This document shows positions 48,553-49,038 of a stretch of DNA of 49,038 nucleotides, piece after piece; position 1 is the stretch's first letter; the number at the start of each line of letters is the position of its first letter. The position numbers and the translations under genes were made by a program. The notes beneath the pieces were generated by a model that saw only the letters and a program-made list of their open reading frames with translations, made no database searches and was not told where the DNA came from. The stretch comes from Prevotella sp. (lineage in GTDB: Bacteria; Bacteroidota; Bacteroidia; Bacteroidales; Bacteroidaceae). Location: NCBI GenBank assembly GCA_016284895.1, contig JAEEPT010000001.1, forward strand, positions 1 to 49,038. The letters run 5' to 3'.

Positions 48553-49038
48553 ATGAAACATTTTTTTTACAAAAAGAAGAGTAGATGGCTACTCTTAGCA
48601 ATCCTCGCAATGATGGTGGGGGCAAGTCCAACGTGGGCGGATGAACTGACTGTCTATGATGGTACGGCAACAAATGAATACCTTCCTATTCATGGCTATT
48701 ATGCAGACACCCAGGGTACCGCTTCAGAATTTATTATTCCTGCAAACAACCTCACTGATCTTCAAAGTAAGGTGATAGAGCAACTGACATTCTATATTTC
48801 ATCACAAGCCAGCAAGAAGTTTGGTGCTACTTTCAATGTCTATTTAGAAGAAGTTGCAGGCGACAACTACGATGACAGTTCTGCAAGCCAGCTTACAAGC
48901 AGTAAGACATTAGTCTATACCGGTACCCTTGATGCAGATGGTACTCCTTTGGTTATTCCTTTCGATACAGACTACACCTCTAATGGTGGTAACCTGCTCA
49001 TTGCTACCGAGGTTACGCCCAAAGGCGCCTCTGCACCC
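48553..49038 (+). CDS. Secreted surface protein, N-terminal part (truncated by window end; absent from the ORF track)
   Basis: Read by hand: MKHFFYKKKSRWLLLAILAMMVGASPTWA-DELTVYDGTATNEYLPIHGYYAD...; promoter TATTTTTG at 48464. Confidence 0.85.
   Translation, partial: MKHFFYKKKSRWLLLAILAMMVGASPTWADELTVYDGTATNEYLPIHGYYADTQGTASEFIIPANNLTDLQSKVIEQLTFYISSQASKKFGATFNVYLEEVAGDNYDDSSASQLTSSKTLVYTGTLDADGTPLVIPFDTDYTSNGGNLLIATEVTPKGASAP

Overview
Bacteroidales chromosome segment, most likely Prevotellaceae. The assignment rests on the gene repertoire, T9SS C-terminal domains and TAnnTTTG -7 promoter motifs. The left part is mostly core: the str operon (rpsL-rpsG-fusA) running into rpsJ, DUF3467, an uncharacterised lipoprotein/TPR-like gene pair, and a ~950-bp intergenic region dense in repeats and hairpins. 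A complete minus-strand dcw cluster follows (mraZ to ftsZ, with murF appended after ftsZ), divergent from the glycine-lipid acyltransferase pair glsA/glsB. The middle holds tRNA-Pro, tRNA-Phe, gpmI, an SH3b membrane protein, an alanine/glycine symporter, ung-DUF3109-anSME and the PASTA-RluA-ddl-acyltransferase-NigD-like operon. The right end is accessory: a membrane-spanning TPR-AraC regulator, a run of secreted surface proteins (two complete with T9SS CTDs, one truncated) and an inserted HEPN-MNT pair. The most unusual signals are non-coding. (i) Two arrays 34.5 kb apart share a 17-bp palindrome (TGATTTAGSCTAAATCA) plus variable 5-bp spacer at an exact 22-bp period, both at core/accessory boundaries. 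(ii) A perfect 17-bp inverted repeat pair (6921-6937 / 7666-7682) brackets the promoter and signal peptide of the lipoprotein gene, a candidate intragenic invertible ON/OFF switch. (iii) A promoter-driven structured candidate sRNA lies inside that interval. All functional calls are by motif recognition; no searches or computations were run.
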